Shown here: positions 8,844-17,570 of the stretch, in pieces
Position numbering within the stretch: the stretch's first letter is position 1
Layout of the letters: each line of letters begins with the position of its first letter
Virus record (IMG/VR): IMGVR_UViG_2645727991_000019
Coordinates: 1 to 31,402 of that record
Direction: 5' to 3' (one strand)
DNA length: 31,402 nucleotides
DNA from: a virus
Taxonomy: Duplodnaviria; Heunggongvirae; Uroviricota; Caudoviricetes
Position numbers and translations under genes: made by a program
The notes under the pieces: generated by a model
Told to the model about the DNA's origin: nothing
The model's database searches: none
The model's input: only the letters and a program-made list of their open reading frames with translations

Positions 8844-10028
8844 CTACCGTCCTATCGAAATATAACTGAATCTGTATTGCTGTGAGATATCACTGGTTGC
8901 CACACGCCACGCTGAATTACTGATATGTTCAAAATTTACAGACAAAACCTGCAGGGCAGGATTCGACGGGTCTGACTGAACGGCATCAGACATAACACTG
9001 ACTGAAACCATCGGCTGATTAGGGAATGGTATAGGGAAGTGTCCACTGATAAAGCGGGTCGTGTTTCCTGAAAAAGTGCCAAACTGAACAATATATCCAC
9101 CTGGTAGCCTGAACCATCCCGAACCAGAAGCGAATGCTCCCATATCCGGTATCTGATTATCTCCTGTGCCCACATCCCTTTTCGCCGCTTCTCCCAAACC
9201 AAGGTATGCGAGAAGACCAGCTACATCCTTTCCACTCAAATGAGTCAGCGTCTCATCCAGTGGCTGCTTACCTGACAGCGCATTGTTAATGGTGGCGCTG
9301 AATTTCGGGTCATTGTTGATAGCTGCGGCAATTTCTTTCAGTGTGTCCAGCGTGTCAGGGGCACCGTTAATCAGAGCGGTAATAGCGGCCTGTACAAACG
9401 CAGTGGTCGCAATCCGCGTGGTGTTATTTCCTGCGGCAGGCGTCGGCGCTTTTGGTTCTCCGGTAAATGTCGGATTATGTTTCTGTGCATACTGGGTATG
9501 AGGGTCCTGTGCGGCAATGTGGTTTCTCATCTGGTCATCCACATACAGCTTTAATTCCAGGACTTCATCATCCACGTATTTACGGGTCGCCAGTACCACC
9601 GACGGGTCGATTTTCAGCGTGATGGCTTCGGTATTCGTGACAACCAGAATCATGCGGATAGTCTGGGTACGACCGCTGCCTTCCTGCAACTGCGGTTTGT
9701 ACGTTTCCGGGCAGTTCGCCACCGCAATGAGTACGCCTTCATCATCATAAAGCCCAATCTCACGGATCCAGAATCCGCCCTCGTTCTCAGGGATGATTTG
9801 CTCCGCAATAATCTGGCTCTGGTTGTTCGGGTCAACACTCAGAAGATTCAGCGGCGCGATGCGTTTCTGGTTAATCAGTTTTGTCTGTGCCGGGTCTGGT
9901 GTCGGCAAGACACCATTCGCATCACCAACGGCCATTTGCGTCAGATTCAGCTTACTGCCGAGCATCGTCGCGTTAGCCAGCCGTGCTGCGCCCTGATTAG
10001 TCAGAATGGCGTAGTATTTCACTGTCAT
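8844..10028 (-). CDS. H: Tail fibre protein H (constant N-terminal part fused to the currently expressed variable C-terminal cassette)
   Basis: The N-terminus MTVKYYAILTNQGAARLANATMLGSKLNLTQMAVGDANGVLP... is the conserved P2-family fibre N-terminal domain. The reading frame passes through the crossover site at 9189..9214, where it encodes AYLGLGE, and continues into the variable part. Confidence 0.88.
   Translation of the reverse strand: MTVKYYAILTNQGAARLANATMLGSKLNLTQMAVGDANGVLPTPDPAQTKLINQKRIAPLNLLSVDPNNQSQIIAEQIIPENEGGFWIREIGLYDDEGVLIAVANCPETYKPQLQEGSGRTQTIRMILVVTNTEAITLKIDPSVVLATRKYVDDEVLELKLYVDDQMRNHIAAQDPHTQYAQKHNPTFTGEPKAPTPAAGNNTTRIATTAFVQAAITALINGAPDTLDTLKEIAAAINNDPKFSATINNALSGKQPLDETLTHLSGKDVAGLLAYLGLGEAAKRDVGTGDNQIPDMGAFASGSGWFRLPGGYIVQFGTFSGNTTRFISGHFPIPFPNQPMVSVSVMSDAVQSDPSNPALQVLSVNFEHISNSAWRVATSDISQQYRFSYISIGR
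9189..9214. repeat. Right 26-bp inversion crossover site (hix/gix-like) inside H
   Basis: TTCTCCCAAACC-AA-GGTATGCGAGAA; its left half-site resembles the gix/hix half-site consensus and is the inverted copy of the half-site at 7327..7338. Confidence 0.8.
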
Positions 10029-10636
10029 GCGTTTACTCTCAGGTTATCAATTAAATGAATGGCCGAGGCCGGGAAATAATCCCCTCCGACAATAATGGCC
10101 TCCGGGGTGTAGGGATAAACCGTCAGGGCGTCGCCGTGATAGCATCCCGCACCGGCAAAAATGTTGCCGGTTGTACTTAAACTGATAGCCAGTCCCGTCA
10201 GATGGCGGCTTGCCGGTTTTGCATCAGCAACGAGGCGCTCCAGCTCCTGATACATTTCCTCGGTAATACCCTGCTCAAGCACGCCGACAACGATACGGAA
10301 CGTCCCCGGCTCCTCGTTGAGCTGCCACCACTCCCTCACCTCAATCAGATAGCCGAGTGGCTCCACCACACGGCGAATCGCACCAATAGTGCCCTTATGG
10401 CAGTGAATGAAATACGCATCGCGGATAACAGCGCGTTTTGTCGCTTCCGGCCACTTATCATCCCAGCGGTCAACCGAAAATGACCACGCCAGCCACGGCA
10501 GCAGATTTGCCGGACAGGTATCCGGGTTCCACAGCTCACGAATACTGACCGGCGTTTTTTCAATTTCCGCACAGGCTTTTGCGGCGGCAACTTCAAGCAG
10601 TGATGAGCCGGTCGGCAGCAGTCGCGAATCACTCAT
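10025..10636 (-). CDS. I: Baseplate/tail protein I
   Basis: 203-aa ORF between J and H; its stop overlaps the H start (ATGA) and its position matches P2 gpI. Confidence 0.88.
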   Translation of the reverse strand: MSDSRLLPTGSSLLEVAAAKACAEIEKTPVSIRELWNPDTCPANLLPWLAWSFSVDRWDDKWPEATKRAVIRDAYFIHCHKGTIGAIRRVVEPLGYLIEVREWWQLNEEPGTFRIVVGVLEQGITEEMYQELERLVADAKPASRHLTGLAISLSTTGNIFAGAGCYHGDALTVYPYTPEAIIVGGDYFPASAIHLIDNLRVNA

Positions 10637-11537
10637 CCGAGCCTCCGGTCACGACGCGGTATTCGGTACAGAAAGACGCCTGCGTACTGTTGAGCACGAT
10701 GTCGGCCAGTGGTGCAGCCAGTTCGACACGCTGCACACCTTCCACATGCAAAGCGGCATAAATGGCAGACAGACGGATGTCACGCCCCAGCCGGTGCTGT
10801 GCCGTGATATACGCTTCCAGTTTTTTCACGGCGGCAGCGCGGATGGGTTCGCTTTCGGGACCAGGGTAAAGGTAAAGCGTGGCGTTTATCTGGTATTCAA
10901 CGATGGCGGCAGACTGCACGGTCACGCGGTCGGCCACCGGCCTGACGTCCTCGCCATTAAGGGCGTTACGCACCACAGCCAGCAGGTCTTCGGATGCGAC
11001 ACCGTTATTTTCACGTGACAGTACGGAGATGGTGACGCAGGCCGGAGACGGACTGGTGACAGAGATATCCGCGACACGCCCGTCGGCACTGCGACCATGA
11101 TACTGATAGGCTCCCACCGACCCGGCGACGCTTAAGCCCTCAAACGCCTGCTGAATACGCAGACGATAATCGGTGTCAGATTCCATCACTGCCGGTGTCG
11201 GCGGGATAGTCGAATCATCTGCCGGAGTGATAATCAGGCGCGTGGTGTTGTAATTGGCACCAATCACATCAAGGTCATTACCGGCGGCACAGGCCAGCAT
11301 TACCGCCCGTGCGGCCTCATTCACACGCTGACGCCAGATAAGCTCACGATAAGCATTTTCCTCCAGCAGTTTGACGAGAGGCTCGGATTCCAGCGTCAGG
11401 GTACGGGCGACCGCCTCCTGCTGGTCTTCCGGGTAAAGGGAAATCAGTGTCGCCTTGCGTTCGGCAAGAATGGTTTCAAAGTCCAGCTCCTCGACCACAT
11501 CCGGTGCGGGTAGCTGGTTCAGGTCGATAATCGGCAT
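10629..11537 (-). CDS. J: Baseplate assembly protein J
   Basis: 302-aa ORF between W and I; position and size match P2 gpJ. Confidence 0.9.
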   Translation of the reverse strand: MPIIDLNQLPAPDVVEELDFETILAERKATLISLYPEDQQEAVARTLTLESEPLVKLLEENAYRELIWRQRVNEAARAVMLACAAGNDLDVIGANYNTTRLIITPADDSTIPPTPAVMESDTDYRLRIQQAFEGLSVAGSVGAYQYHGRSADGRVADISVTSPSPACVTISVLSRENNGVASEDLLAVVRNALNGEDVRPVADRVTVQSAAIVEYQINATLYLYPGPESEPIRAAAVKKLEAYITAQHRLGRDIRLSAIYAALHVEGVQRVELAAPLADIVLNSTQASFCTEYRVVTGGSDE

Positions 11538-11541
11538 GGTT

Positions 11542-11889
11542 TCAACTCACAGGGATGGTTAACGAAAGTGGCTGGCCGGTGTCGTTGTGCTGACCGGTTA
11601 ACGTGACCGTCATTCGCCCGTCAAAACTGCGCGCCGTGGTGACGGATGACAGGGTGACGCGGGGTTCCCATTTCAGCACCGCCATGTAACAGGCGACCTT
11701 AATCTGCAACTCAAGCGCCGGGGTCTGCGGCTGGTCAATCATTGATGCCAGCAACGAGCCGTAATCACGACGCATCACCCGTGAGCCGACCGGTGTGCGC
11801 AGGATATCGCCGATACTCTGGCTGATATGCTCAAGGTCAGTGACCGTCAGGCCATCACTGCGATTCATTCCGAGATAACGCGCAGTCAT
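11542..11889 (-). CDS. W: Baseplate protein W (gp25-like)
   Basis: 115-aa ORF between V and J; position and size match P2 gpW. Confidence 0.88.
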   Translation of the reverse strand: MTARYLGMNRSDGLTVTDLEHISQSIGDILRTPVGSRVMRRDYGSLLASMIDQPQTPALELQIKVACYMAVLKWEPRVTLSSVTTARSFDGRMTVTLTGQHNDTGQPLSLTIPVS

Positions 11890-12521
11890 AGAGGTCCCCC
11901 TGTTGTGCCGCCACTGTCGCCGGGGTGTTTATGGGTATGCAGTACCTTACCGTTTGATGAGAGTTCACCGCCGGTGTGTTCAATGTTGCCGCGCATCGTC
12001 CCGCCCTTCTGTACTTCCAGCGTGCCGGTAATCAGCCTGTTGGTGCAGACCACCTCCGGTGTGTCCAGGGTGACGCGGGTTGACGCTTTCACCATGACCA
12101 CCGGCACCGTGGCGGTAACAGAATCAGAAGCCGTCACGCTGGCCGTTTTAATTCCGCTTACCGTCAGTGCACTGGTTTCGGGTTCATACTCAATCACCGC
12201 CCCGTCAGGGAAACGGATATGCAGGGCATCAGCCGACGCAGACGGCGCAGGGTTATCGCCGGAATAAATCCCCGGCAGAACAAACGCCGTGTCGAGTTCG
12301 CCGCCCACGGACAGAATCAGCACCTGTTCCCCCACGGAAGGTGCCCACCATGTGCGCGAACGCCCGGCGCGATGGGTCAGCCACTGAAGCCAGTCGGTGC
12401 ACATGCCGCCGGTCTGCACACGGCAGCGACCGGCGTTAAGGTCGGTTTCGACGACAAGGCCGGTACGAATCATGTTGCGCAGTGCGCGCGCGAGTTCCTG
12501 AATATTTGCGAGAGTGTTCAT
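11886..12521 (-). CDS. V: Baseplate spike/assembly protein V
   Basis: From the Met at 12521 the protein starts MNTLANIQELARALRNMIRTG... (211 aa), matching the P2 gpV N-terminus as I recall it. The longer ORF-track start at 12557 is probably not used. Confidence 0.88.
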   Translation of the reverse strand: MNTLANIQELARALRNMIRTGLVVETDLNAGRCRVQTGGMCTDWLQWLTHRAGRSRTWWAPSVGEQVLILSVGGELDTAFVLPGIYSGDNPAPSASADALHIRFPDGAVIEYEPETSALTVSGIKTASVTASDSVTATVPVVMVKASTRVTLDTPEVVCTNRLITGTLEVQKGGTMRGNIEHTGGELSSNGKVLHTHKHPGDSGGTTGGPL

Positions 12522-12598
12522 AACGGGAAGGATGCCGCTGGATGATACCAGCAGCAATCATGGAGGATTCTGTCAGCTGTGATACAACATAATAAATA

Positions 12599-13354
12599 TT
12601 AGTTGTAGCACTTCTCTATAATCTTCATACACTCCTCATGAGCTAAATCATGGCTGTCAAATTCTTTATTAAAAAAGAAGAAAAACGCCTTCTTAACCTG
12701 AGGCATTTCAATAAAAATAAATTCATCAACCTTATGAAAGAAATGAAAACTCTTGTTTGATGTTTCAAAAACCATCAAAGAATTATGTTTTTTATCCTTC
12801 CATTTCGACATCAGATTGCGTCGCGATTTTCTTATAATCCTGAAGACATCCTCCGGTGTCGTATCGACATTCCCCCAAAACATTGCAACCGGGAAGTTTG
12901 CAAGGAAAGGGATATAATCCCCCCCTTTATACCTGAGAAAGCGGGTCCGTAAATCCATTAATTGCAACTTAAAGCCCATGTATTGCAACCACCATATGAT
13001 GCAGTCATATTCATAATCTGTTAACTCATCGCCCCTCTTTTCCGTAAGAAATTTCTTCAGGTTATACTCAAACGCTCCCAGCAAATCAGAATTGCACACT
13101 CTGCATGCTGGTACAGTAGCTTTAATGTAATGAGTTGACTGATTATTCTTTTTATTAATTAAAGATTTTTCAGCATTTGACTCAAAGGCCCACTGAGGAA
13201 TAATGTGCTCACGAGTAATATCGTCAGAACTCCCGCATAACACACATATATCAGCATTATGGTCAGCAATAATACAATCCATAACTTTCTTTTGAGAATG
13301 CTTTACTCTTTTTCTCAAAATGGAAAACTTTTTATCCACAAACACCCGTCTCAT
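12599..13354 (-). CDS. AT-rich accessory gene encoding an HNH-motif nuclease-like protein, at the S-V junction (P2 orf30 position)
   Basis: The protein contains CVLCGSSDDITREHIIPQWAF ... CRVCNSDL, i.e. CxxC, (D/E)HIxPQ and CxxCN, the HNH beta-beta-alpha-metal signature (compare Cas9 HNH DHIVPQSF). GC content is markedly lower than in flanking genes. Its start ATG overlaps the S stop codon (ATGA). An alternative start at the internal Met (MDCIIADH..., 13282) is possible. Confidence 0.7.
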   Translation of the reverse strand: MRRVFVDKKFSILRKRVKHSQKKVMDCIIADHNADICVLCGSSDDITREHIIPQWAFESNAEKSLINKKNNQSTHYIKATVPACRVCNSDLLGAFEYNLKKFLTEKRGDELTDYEYDCIIWWLQYMGFKLQLMDLRTRFLRYKGGDYIPFLANFPVAMFWGNVDTTPEDVFRIIRKSRRNLMSKWKDKKHNSLMVFETSNKSFHFFHKVDEFIFIEMPQVKKAFFFFFNKEFDSHDLAHEECMKIIEKCYN

Positions 13355-13809
13355 ATAACATCTTTCGATAGAATCACTAATAACTCCCTTTCTATCAATT
13401 GTATAGATTCCTTGTCAAAACCAAATAACTCACGAACAGGATATTCCACCACAGCACTATTACGCCCCGGCTTATCCCTAAGCCCTAATTGATGTACTCG
13501 CGCAATTCGTTGTACTCCGCTGGCAAACGCCACCACCGCCGCACTCTCGCTACCTGTTGCTTTCATAAACCGGTTAGTGCGTAATTTCACAAACATTTCC
13601 CGCTTTATCCGGCCTTTCTTATTTCGTACTGGTTGGTTTTTTCTCGGTACATACGGCGTACCATCCGGGGCTTTTTGTAATTTAATTCGCTGCTGCTGGC
13701 GCTGGCGCAGCTTCTTCGCAATATCTACCGCCAGTCGCCGACGCCCTGACGGTGACAGCGACTCAATCAGTCCGGTCAGCCGGTCTTCAAAACGCTTAAA
13801 CTCATTCAT
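13351..13809 (-). CDS. S: Tail completion protein S
   Basis: The protein starts MNEFKRFEDRLTGLIESLSPSGRRRL..., and its position between R and V matches P2 gpS. The last 30-40 codons lie in AT-rich sequence continuous with the downstream accessory gene. Confidence 0.88.
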   Translation of the reverse strand: MNEFKRFEDRLTGLIESLSPSGRRRLAVDIAKKLRQRQQQRIKLQKAPDGTPYVPRKNQPVRNKKGRIKREMFVKLRTNRFMKATGSESAAVVAFASGVQRIARVHQLGLRDKPGRNSAVVEYPVRELFGFDKESIQLIERELLVILSKDVI

Positions 13810-14269
13810 CCCACTTGCTCACCAGTTCGCCATTGATATAAAGCTCCATCGGGCGGGTGACCGGCTCCGGCGGCGGGGGTTCCGGGATATTCTTCACATG
13901 CAGCGCGCCGTCCACCTCACTGACCAGCGTGCGCTCGGTCAGCATCAGGCTGATGCTGATATCAAAGCTGCTGTCATTGTTGATGTCTGCATAAAACGTG
14001 AAGCCCTTTTTCTGGCCTGCGTCGGTGGTCATGATGTCGGGCTGATTTTCCCGCAGCCACGCCAGCACCGGCACAATGAGCAGGTCAAAATCACCGGTAA
14101 AGTCGGTCACAATCACATTGAGCGTGTAACGCTTTTCGAATGACAACGACGTCGCCAGTGTGGAGGCAATACTCCCGTTATCCACGAATATCCGCAGCAT
14201 CTCGGGGCTGGTTTTCAGCACCGTGACGGCATCAGTCAGCGCCCTGCGCAGGCTGTCGGGTTTGAGCAT
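13802..14269 (-). CDS. R: Tail completion protein R
   Basis: 155-aa ORF between the lysis genes and S; position and size match P2 gpR. Confidence 0.88.
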   Translation of the reverse strand: MLKPDSLRRALTDAVTVLKTSPEMLRIFVDNGSIASTLATSLSFEKRYTLNVIVTDFTGDFDLLIVPVLAWLRENQPDIMTTDAGQKKGFTFYADINNDSSFDISISLMLTERTLVSEVDGALHVKNIPEPPPPEPVTRPMELYINGELVSKWDE

Positions 14270-14522
14270 CGTTTTCGTCCTGACAGTGTTTAATCATTTT
14301 TACCTGGCTGGCACAGCGTGCCAGCGCGTTCTCAAGCTGCCGGATATCGGCACTTAAATCGCCGTTCGTCTGCGGGTCAATGCCCGGCATCGGGCAAAGA
14401 CTCACTTTCGGGCAGGCGTTGTGGACAATCACTGGCGTCGGTGCAGGCCGGGCGCTGGTGCAACCGGCGCACAGCATCAGGCAGGCCAGCGCCGTACCAG
14501 CGGCGAAAATCTTCGTTTTCAT
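14232..14522 (-). CDS. lysC: Outer-membrane lipoprotein spanin LysC (Rz1-like)
   Basis: 96-aa ORF with an N-terminal signal-like segment and a lipobox-like Cys cluster (LACLMLCAGCTS), followed by a Pro-rich region. It starts inside lysB in another frame and extends into the start of R, as in P2. Confidence 0.8.
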   Translation of the reverse strand: MKTKIFAAGTALACLMLCAGCTSARPAPTPVIVHNACPKVSLCPMPGIDPQTNGDLSADIRQLENALARCASQVKMIKHCQDENDAQTRQPAQGAD

Positions 14523-14802
14523 TCAGTAACCCCGTGATGGTTTTCTCGCGCTGTGCTTCACGCTTCGCCGCGTTCTCCAGTTCCTGACGCAGTGCCACCT
14601 GCGCCAGCTCGTTTTTGTCTGCTCTGGCGAGGGCAACATGAAGCTGATTTTTCAGCATGGTGATGGTCGTCTGCTGCCCGCTGGCGACGTTGTTCGCCCT
14701 GTCCAGCGAGGTGCGCAGGCTGGCGTTTTCATGCTTCGCCAGAAACAGACCGGCCACCGCCAGTGATAACAACACAACCAGCACAATCATCAGCTTTGAC
14801 AT
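14377..14802 (-). CDS. lysB: Inner-membrane spanin LysB (Rz-like)
   Basis: 141-aa ORF with an N-terminal transmembrane segment (LMIVLVVLLSLAVAGLFLA) and a coiled-coil-like periplasmic part; lysC is embedded in its 3' region. Confidence 0.85.
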   Translation of the reverse strand: MSKLMIVLVVLLSLAVAGLFLAKHENASLRTSLDRANNVASGQQTTITMLKNQLHVALARADKNELAQVALRQELENAAKREAQREKTITGLLNENEDFRRWYGAGLPDAVRRLHQRPACTDASDCPQRLPESESLPDAGH

Positions 14803-15215
14803 GGTTCCCGCCCCTCAAAACGCTGACGACAGGCCGTGCATATCAACCGGAAGAACACCGACGCCACGAGGTAAATCAGCGCGGTAAAAATCCACCCGGC
14901 AGCGACCAGCGAGATAAACGTCGCCACCATCACCACCAGAGCCGCCGCCCGTCTGCGCCACGGCACCGGCTGCAAAAACAGCGACGCGACAATCTTCACG
15001 GCCAGCGATTCCGGCGGCAGCTCCCGCCCGTAGCGTTCCAGCACATACTCAGTGGCATACACGCCGACACCACCGGCAACCACACAGATAACCGTCGCCA
15101 GAATCGCCCAGGCGGCGACAAAATTGACGGCCACGCTCTGCGGGTAAATCAGGGACAGTGCCAGCATCAGCGCCAGCGACACGTTCAGCATCAGTGAAAG
15201 GGATAATTTCTTCAT
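14790..15215 (-). CDS. lysA: Lysis timing membrane protein LysA
   Basis: 141-aa ORF with multiple predicted transmembrane segments, downstream of the endolysin gene K; position matches P2 lysA. Confidence 0.82.
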   Translation of the reverse strand: MKKLSLSLMLNVSLALMLALSLIYPQSVAVNFVAAWAILATVICVVAGGVGVYATEYVLERYGRELPPESLAVKIVASLFLQPVPWRRRAAALVVMVATFISLVAAGWIFTALIYLVASVFFRLICTACRQRFEGREPCQS

Positions 15216-15229
15216 GGTGTTTACTCCGT

Positions 15230-15727
15230 TTAAGCCGGTACGCCGCCAGCGGTACGCCAGACGGTGACCAGTTTTTCCAGTGAATGCTCACGCTGACCGT
15301 AACCGGCACCCGGCAGGGACGCCCAGATATTGCGACAGCGTGAAATGGCGCGCTCAATGCGTCCCGCCCGGATGTCATCCAGTGCACCGCGTTCGCGGAT
15401 CAACTGAATGGCGAGCCTGTCCTGTGACAACGGACTGAAATCAGGCAGGGCAAGCTGTTTGCGGTAATGCGGCCAGAACAGGTAAAGCTGCTGATAGCGA
15501 CCGGAGGCCGTGGATTTTTCACCGCGACGGTTAAACACCTTCGCCGGTCGGCCATGCGCGAACGGGTGGTCACTGTAGTCGGTGAAAATTTCCGGCTTCC
15601 CGTCCAGTCCGGTGACTATCACGTCATAGCCCCGGTTTTTCGTCAGCGGATGGTTCGCCGTCCCTTCGGACACGGCCAGCATGTCGAGAAAGGCGGCGAT
15701 ATTCTGATGCGTGTTAATTACCGGCAT
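15230..15727 (-). CDS. K: Endolysin K (phage lysozyme)
   Basis: 165-aa ORF directly downstream of holin Y, starting MPVINTHQNIAAFLDMLAVSEGTANHP...; position and size match P2 gpK. Confidence 0.9.
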   Translation of the reverse strand: MPVINTHQNIAAFLDMLAVSEGTANHPLTKNRGYDVIVTGLDGKPEIFTDYSDHPFAHGRPAKVFNRRGEKSTASGRYQQLYLFWPHYRKQLALPDFSPLSQDRLAIQLIRERGALDDIRAGRIERAISRCRNIWASLPGAGYGQREHSLEKLVTVWRTAGGVPA

Positions 15728-16008
15728 TACGGTTTCCCCCTGCCCTTAAAGCGGCGCTGAATGGCAATCTCAATCACCTGATAACCGGCGATACCCAGCA
15801 TGGAGCCGATGCCGCACACCGCAGGCAGTGACAGGTCAGGAAACTGCACCAGAACAACACCGGCAACCATCGAGACAAAACCACCGAGCAACATGCGCCC
15901 GATAAACAGACGCGGGGTGATGGGTTCACCACCGGCAAGCACCTTGCCGACAACAATCAGCACCCCAATCATGAAAAGCGACAGGACGCTTTTTTCTTCT
16001 GCTGTCAT
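15727..16008 (-). CDS. Y: Holin Y
   Basis: 93-aa ORF with hydrophobic transmembrane segments and a basic C-terminal tail (RRFKGRGKP), between X and K. Confidence 0.88.
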   Translation of the reverse strand: MTAEEKSVLSLFMIGVLIVVGKVLAGGEPITPRLFIGRMLLGGFVSMVAGVVLVQFPDLSLPAVCGIGSMLGIAGYQVIEIAIQRRFKGRGKP

Positions 16009-16011
16009 GCG

Positions 16012-16215
16012 TTACTCCCACAGATTGACAGTTTCAGCCACGGGCGCGGTCTGAACGTCGGGCAGTTCGACGGCGGTGCCGTGTGGCAGCACCGCACCCA
16101 GTTCAGCCAGTCCCGGATTTGCGGCGAGCACGGTCTCAACCACGCCCTCAGTGCGCCCGTAATACCGGACACAGATGGCGTCGAGCGTGTCGCCCTGTAG
16201 CGCAAAGGTCTTCAT
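16012..16215 (-). CDS. X: Tail protein X (LysM-like, 67 aa)
   Basis: From the Met at 16215 the protein starts MKTFALQGDTLDAICVRYYGRTEGVVETVLAANPGL..., and this start overlaps the L stop codon (TGATG). The longer ORF-track start at 16284 is unlikely. Confidence 0.85.
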   Translation of the reverse strand: MKTFALQGDTLDAICVRYYGRTEGVVETVLAANPGLAELGAVLPHGTAVELPDVQTAPVAETVNLWE

Positions 16216-16724
16216 CAGATTTGACTCACGATGCAGCGCGGCTTGTCCTGGATACGCGCCACCGCCCAGCGCATATCCCGCCACAGTTCATCAATGGTGC
16301 TGTCAATGCTGTCGGCCTTCTTGTCGCCTTTCGCACTGGCATCCACGCCGCGATAACGCTCATAAAGCGACGCGGTCGCCATCGCACACACGGCGCGCTC
16401 GTAGTAAAAAACCTTGATGCTTTCACCGTCGATATCGTCTGCCGGAACGTCCGCCAGACGCGTAAAACCGGCGGCAATTTTCTGTTCGCGGTACTCGTAC
16501 AGCTCCGCATTTGTTTCCGCCATGCCTGACTTGATGGCCTCACGCAGACGGGCGGGGGCGACGGTCTGCTCAAGGCGCATACGTTCCCGGACGCGCTTCG
16601 GGTCGATATCGGGAAAAAAGAACGTGTTTTTAATCACCGGCTCGTCGCCTGCCGGTTGCGGGATGACCACCGTACCCTCACCGGATACAGGAGCCTCCTT
16701 TCGCGGAATAATCAGCGTCATCAT
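16215..16724 (-). CDS. L: Head completion/stabilisation protein L
   Basis: From the MM start at 16724 the protein reads MMTLIIPRKEAPVSGEGTVVIP... (169 aa), matching the P2 gpL N-terminus as I recall it. Confidence 0.85.
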   Translation of the reverse strand: MMTLIIPRKEAPVSGEGTVVIPQPAGDEPVIKNTFFFPDIDPKRVRERMRLEQTVAPARLREAIKSGMAETNAELYEYREQKIAAGFTRLADVPADDIDGESIKVFYYERAVCAMATASLYERYRGVDASAKGDKKADSIDSTIDELWRDMRWAVARIQDKPRCIVSQI

Positions 16725-16823
16725 GACTACCTCTGAAAAGTCGGGCGGTGGACGCCGGTGCAGTGTCAGGTGATTCACCCTTACTGACCGGCGTGCCGCC
16801 CTGGCGCGGGGCGCATTCGGTTG

Positions 16824-17567
16824 TTAACTGGCTTTCTTTTTCGGGCGTCCACGTTTTGCCGGTGTCACGCTCCGGGTCTTACGCGGGGTACGGGTGGCCG
16901 CTTTGGGCTGCGGCTCCGGCTTCGGTTTCAGCTCCCGCTCCAGTCGTTCAATCTCTTTTTTGACGCCTGCCTGACAGTCGAGCTGTGTCGCACGTTGCAG
17001 GTGAGCCAGCGCACCGGCGGCATCACCACCGTCACGCAGAAACAGACCGGTGATTTTGTGCAGCTTTGCGCGCACTTCATCAGGCATGTCAGCCGTGGCG
17101 GTCAGTTCAAGGGTCTCCGTCAGCAGGCGGGTATCCACAGACTCACCGGCAGCGTGAGCACGCATGGCCGCGAGCGCCACCTCCTCGGTGAACATGTACG
17201 GCGGGGTGCGGCGGTGTTTACCCGGCATGGTCAGACCGTATTTCAGGGCATAACGGGCAATCTCCAGCGCACCGGCAATATCGCCGGTATCCAGACGCCA
17301 CAGCATGACCGTCATCAGAATGTCATCCTGTGCACCTTTGCCCTGCTCCAGTACGCCGTTCACCCACGGCAACCAGAACGGCAGCAGTTCGCGTTTTTTC
17401 GCGGCCTTCAGCTCTTTTGAATAAATCGCTTTCAGTGTGCGCTGGTCTGCGGCGAGCTTAACCAGCATCTGCTCATAGACAGTTGCATGTCGCAGCGGGG
17501 CGGCTTCCCGCTGCGCGGTCATCGCTGCCGAGACCCGCATCATGTGGCGCTGTGCGGGACTCGTCAT
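16824..17567 (-). CDS. M: Terminase endonuclease (small) subunit M
   Basis: 247-aa ORF downstream of N with a basic C-terminal tail; position and size match P2 gpM. Confidence 0.88.
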   Translation of the reverse strand: MTSPAQRHMMRVSAAMTAQREAAPLRHATVYEQMLVKLAADQRTLKAIYSKELKAAKKRELLPFWLPWVNGVLEQGKGAQDDILMTVMLWRLDTGDIAGALEIARYALKYGLTMPGKHRRTPPYMFTEEVALAAMRAHAAGESVDTRLLTETLELTATADMPDEVRAKLHKITGLFLRDGGDAAGALAHLQRATQLDCQAGVKKEIERLERELKPKPEPQPKAATRTPRKTRSVTPAKRGRPKKKAS

Positions 17568-17570
17568 CGG

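Larger units (their letters stand above)
7313..9214. other. Invertible tail-fibre host-range segment (G-segment-like, about 1.9 kb)
   Basis: It is bounded by the inverted 26-bp sites and contains two convergent fibre-tip plus chaperone cassettes, with the invertase gene adjacent outside. Confidence 0.8.

Noticed and set aside
12522-12557. Longer N-terminal extensions suggested by the ORF track for V (12557), X (16284), L (16778), O (19623), P (19701), C (29996) and cargo gene 3 (24508)
   Set aside because: The extensions do not fit the conserved N-termini as I recall them; several of the track starts are TTG codons, and better-placed ATG starts with Shine-Dalgarno sequences or stop-start overlaps exist downstream.
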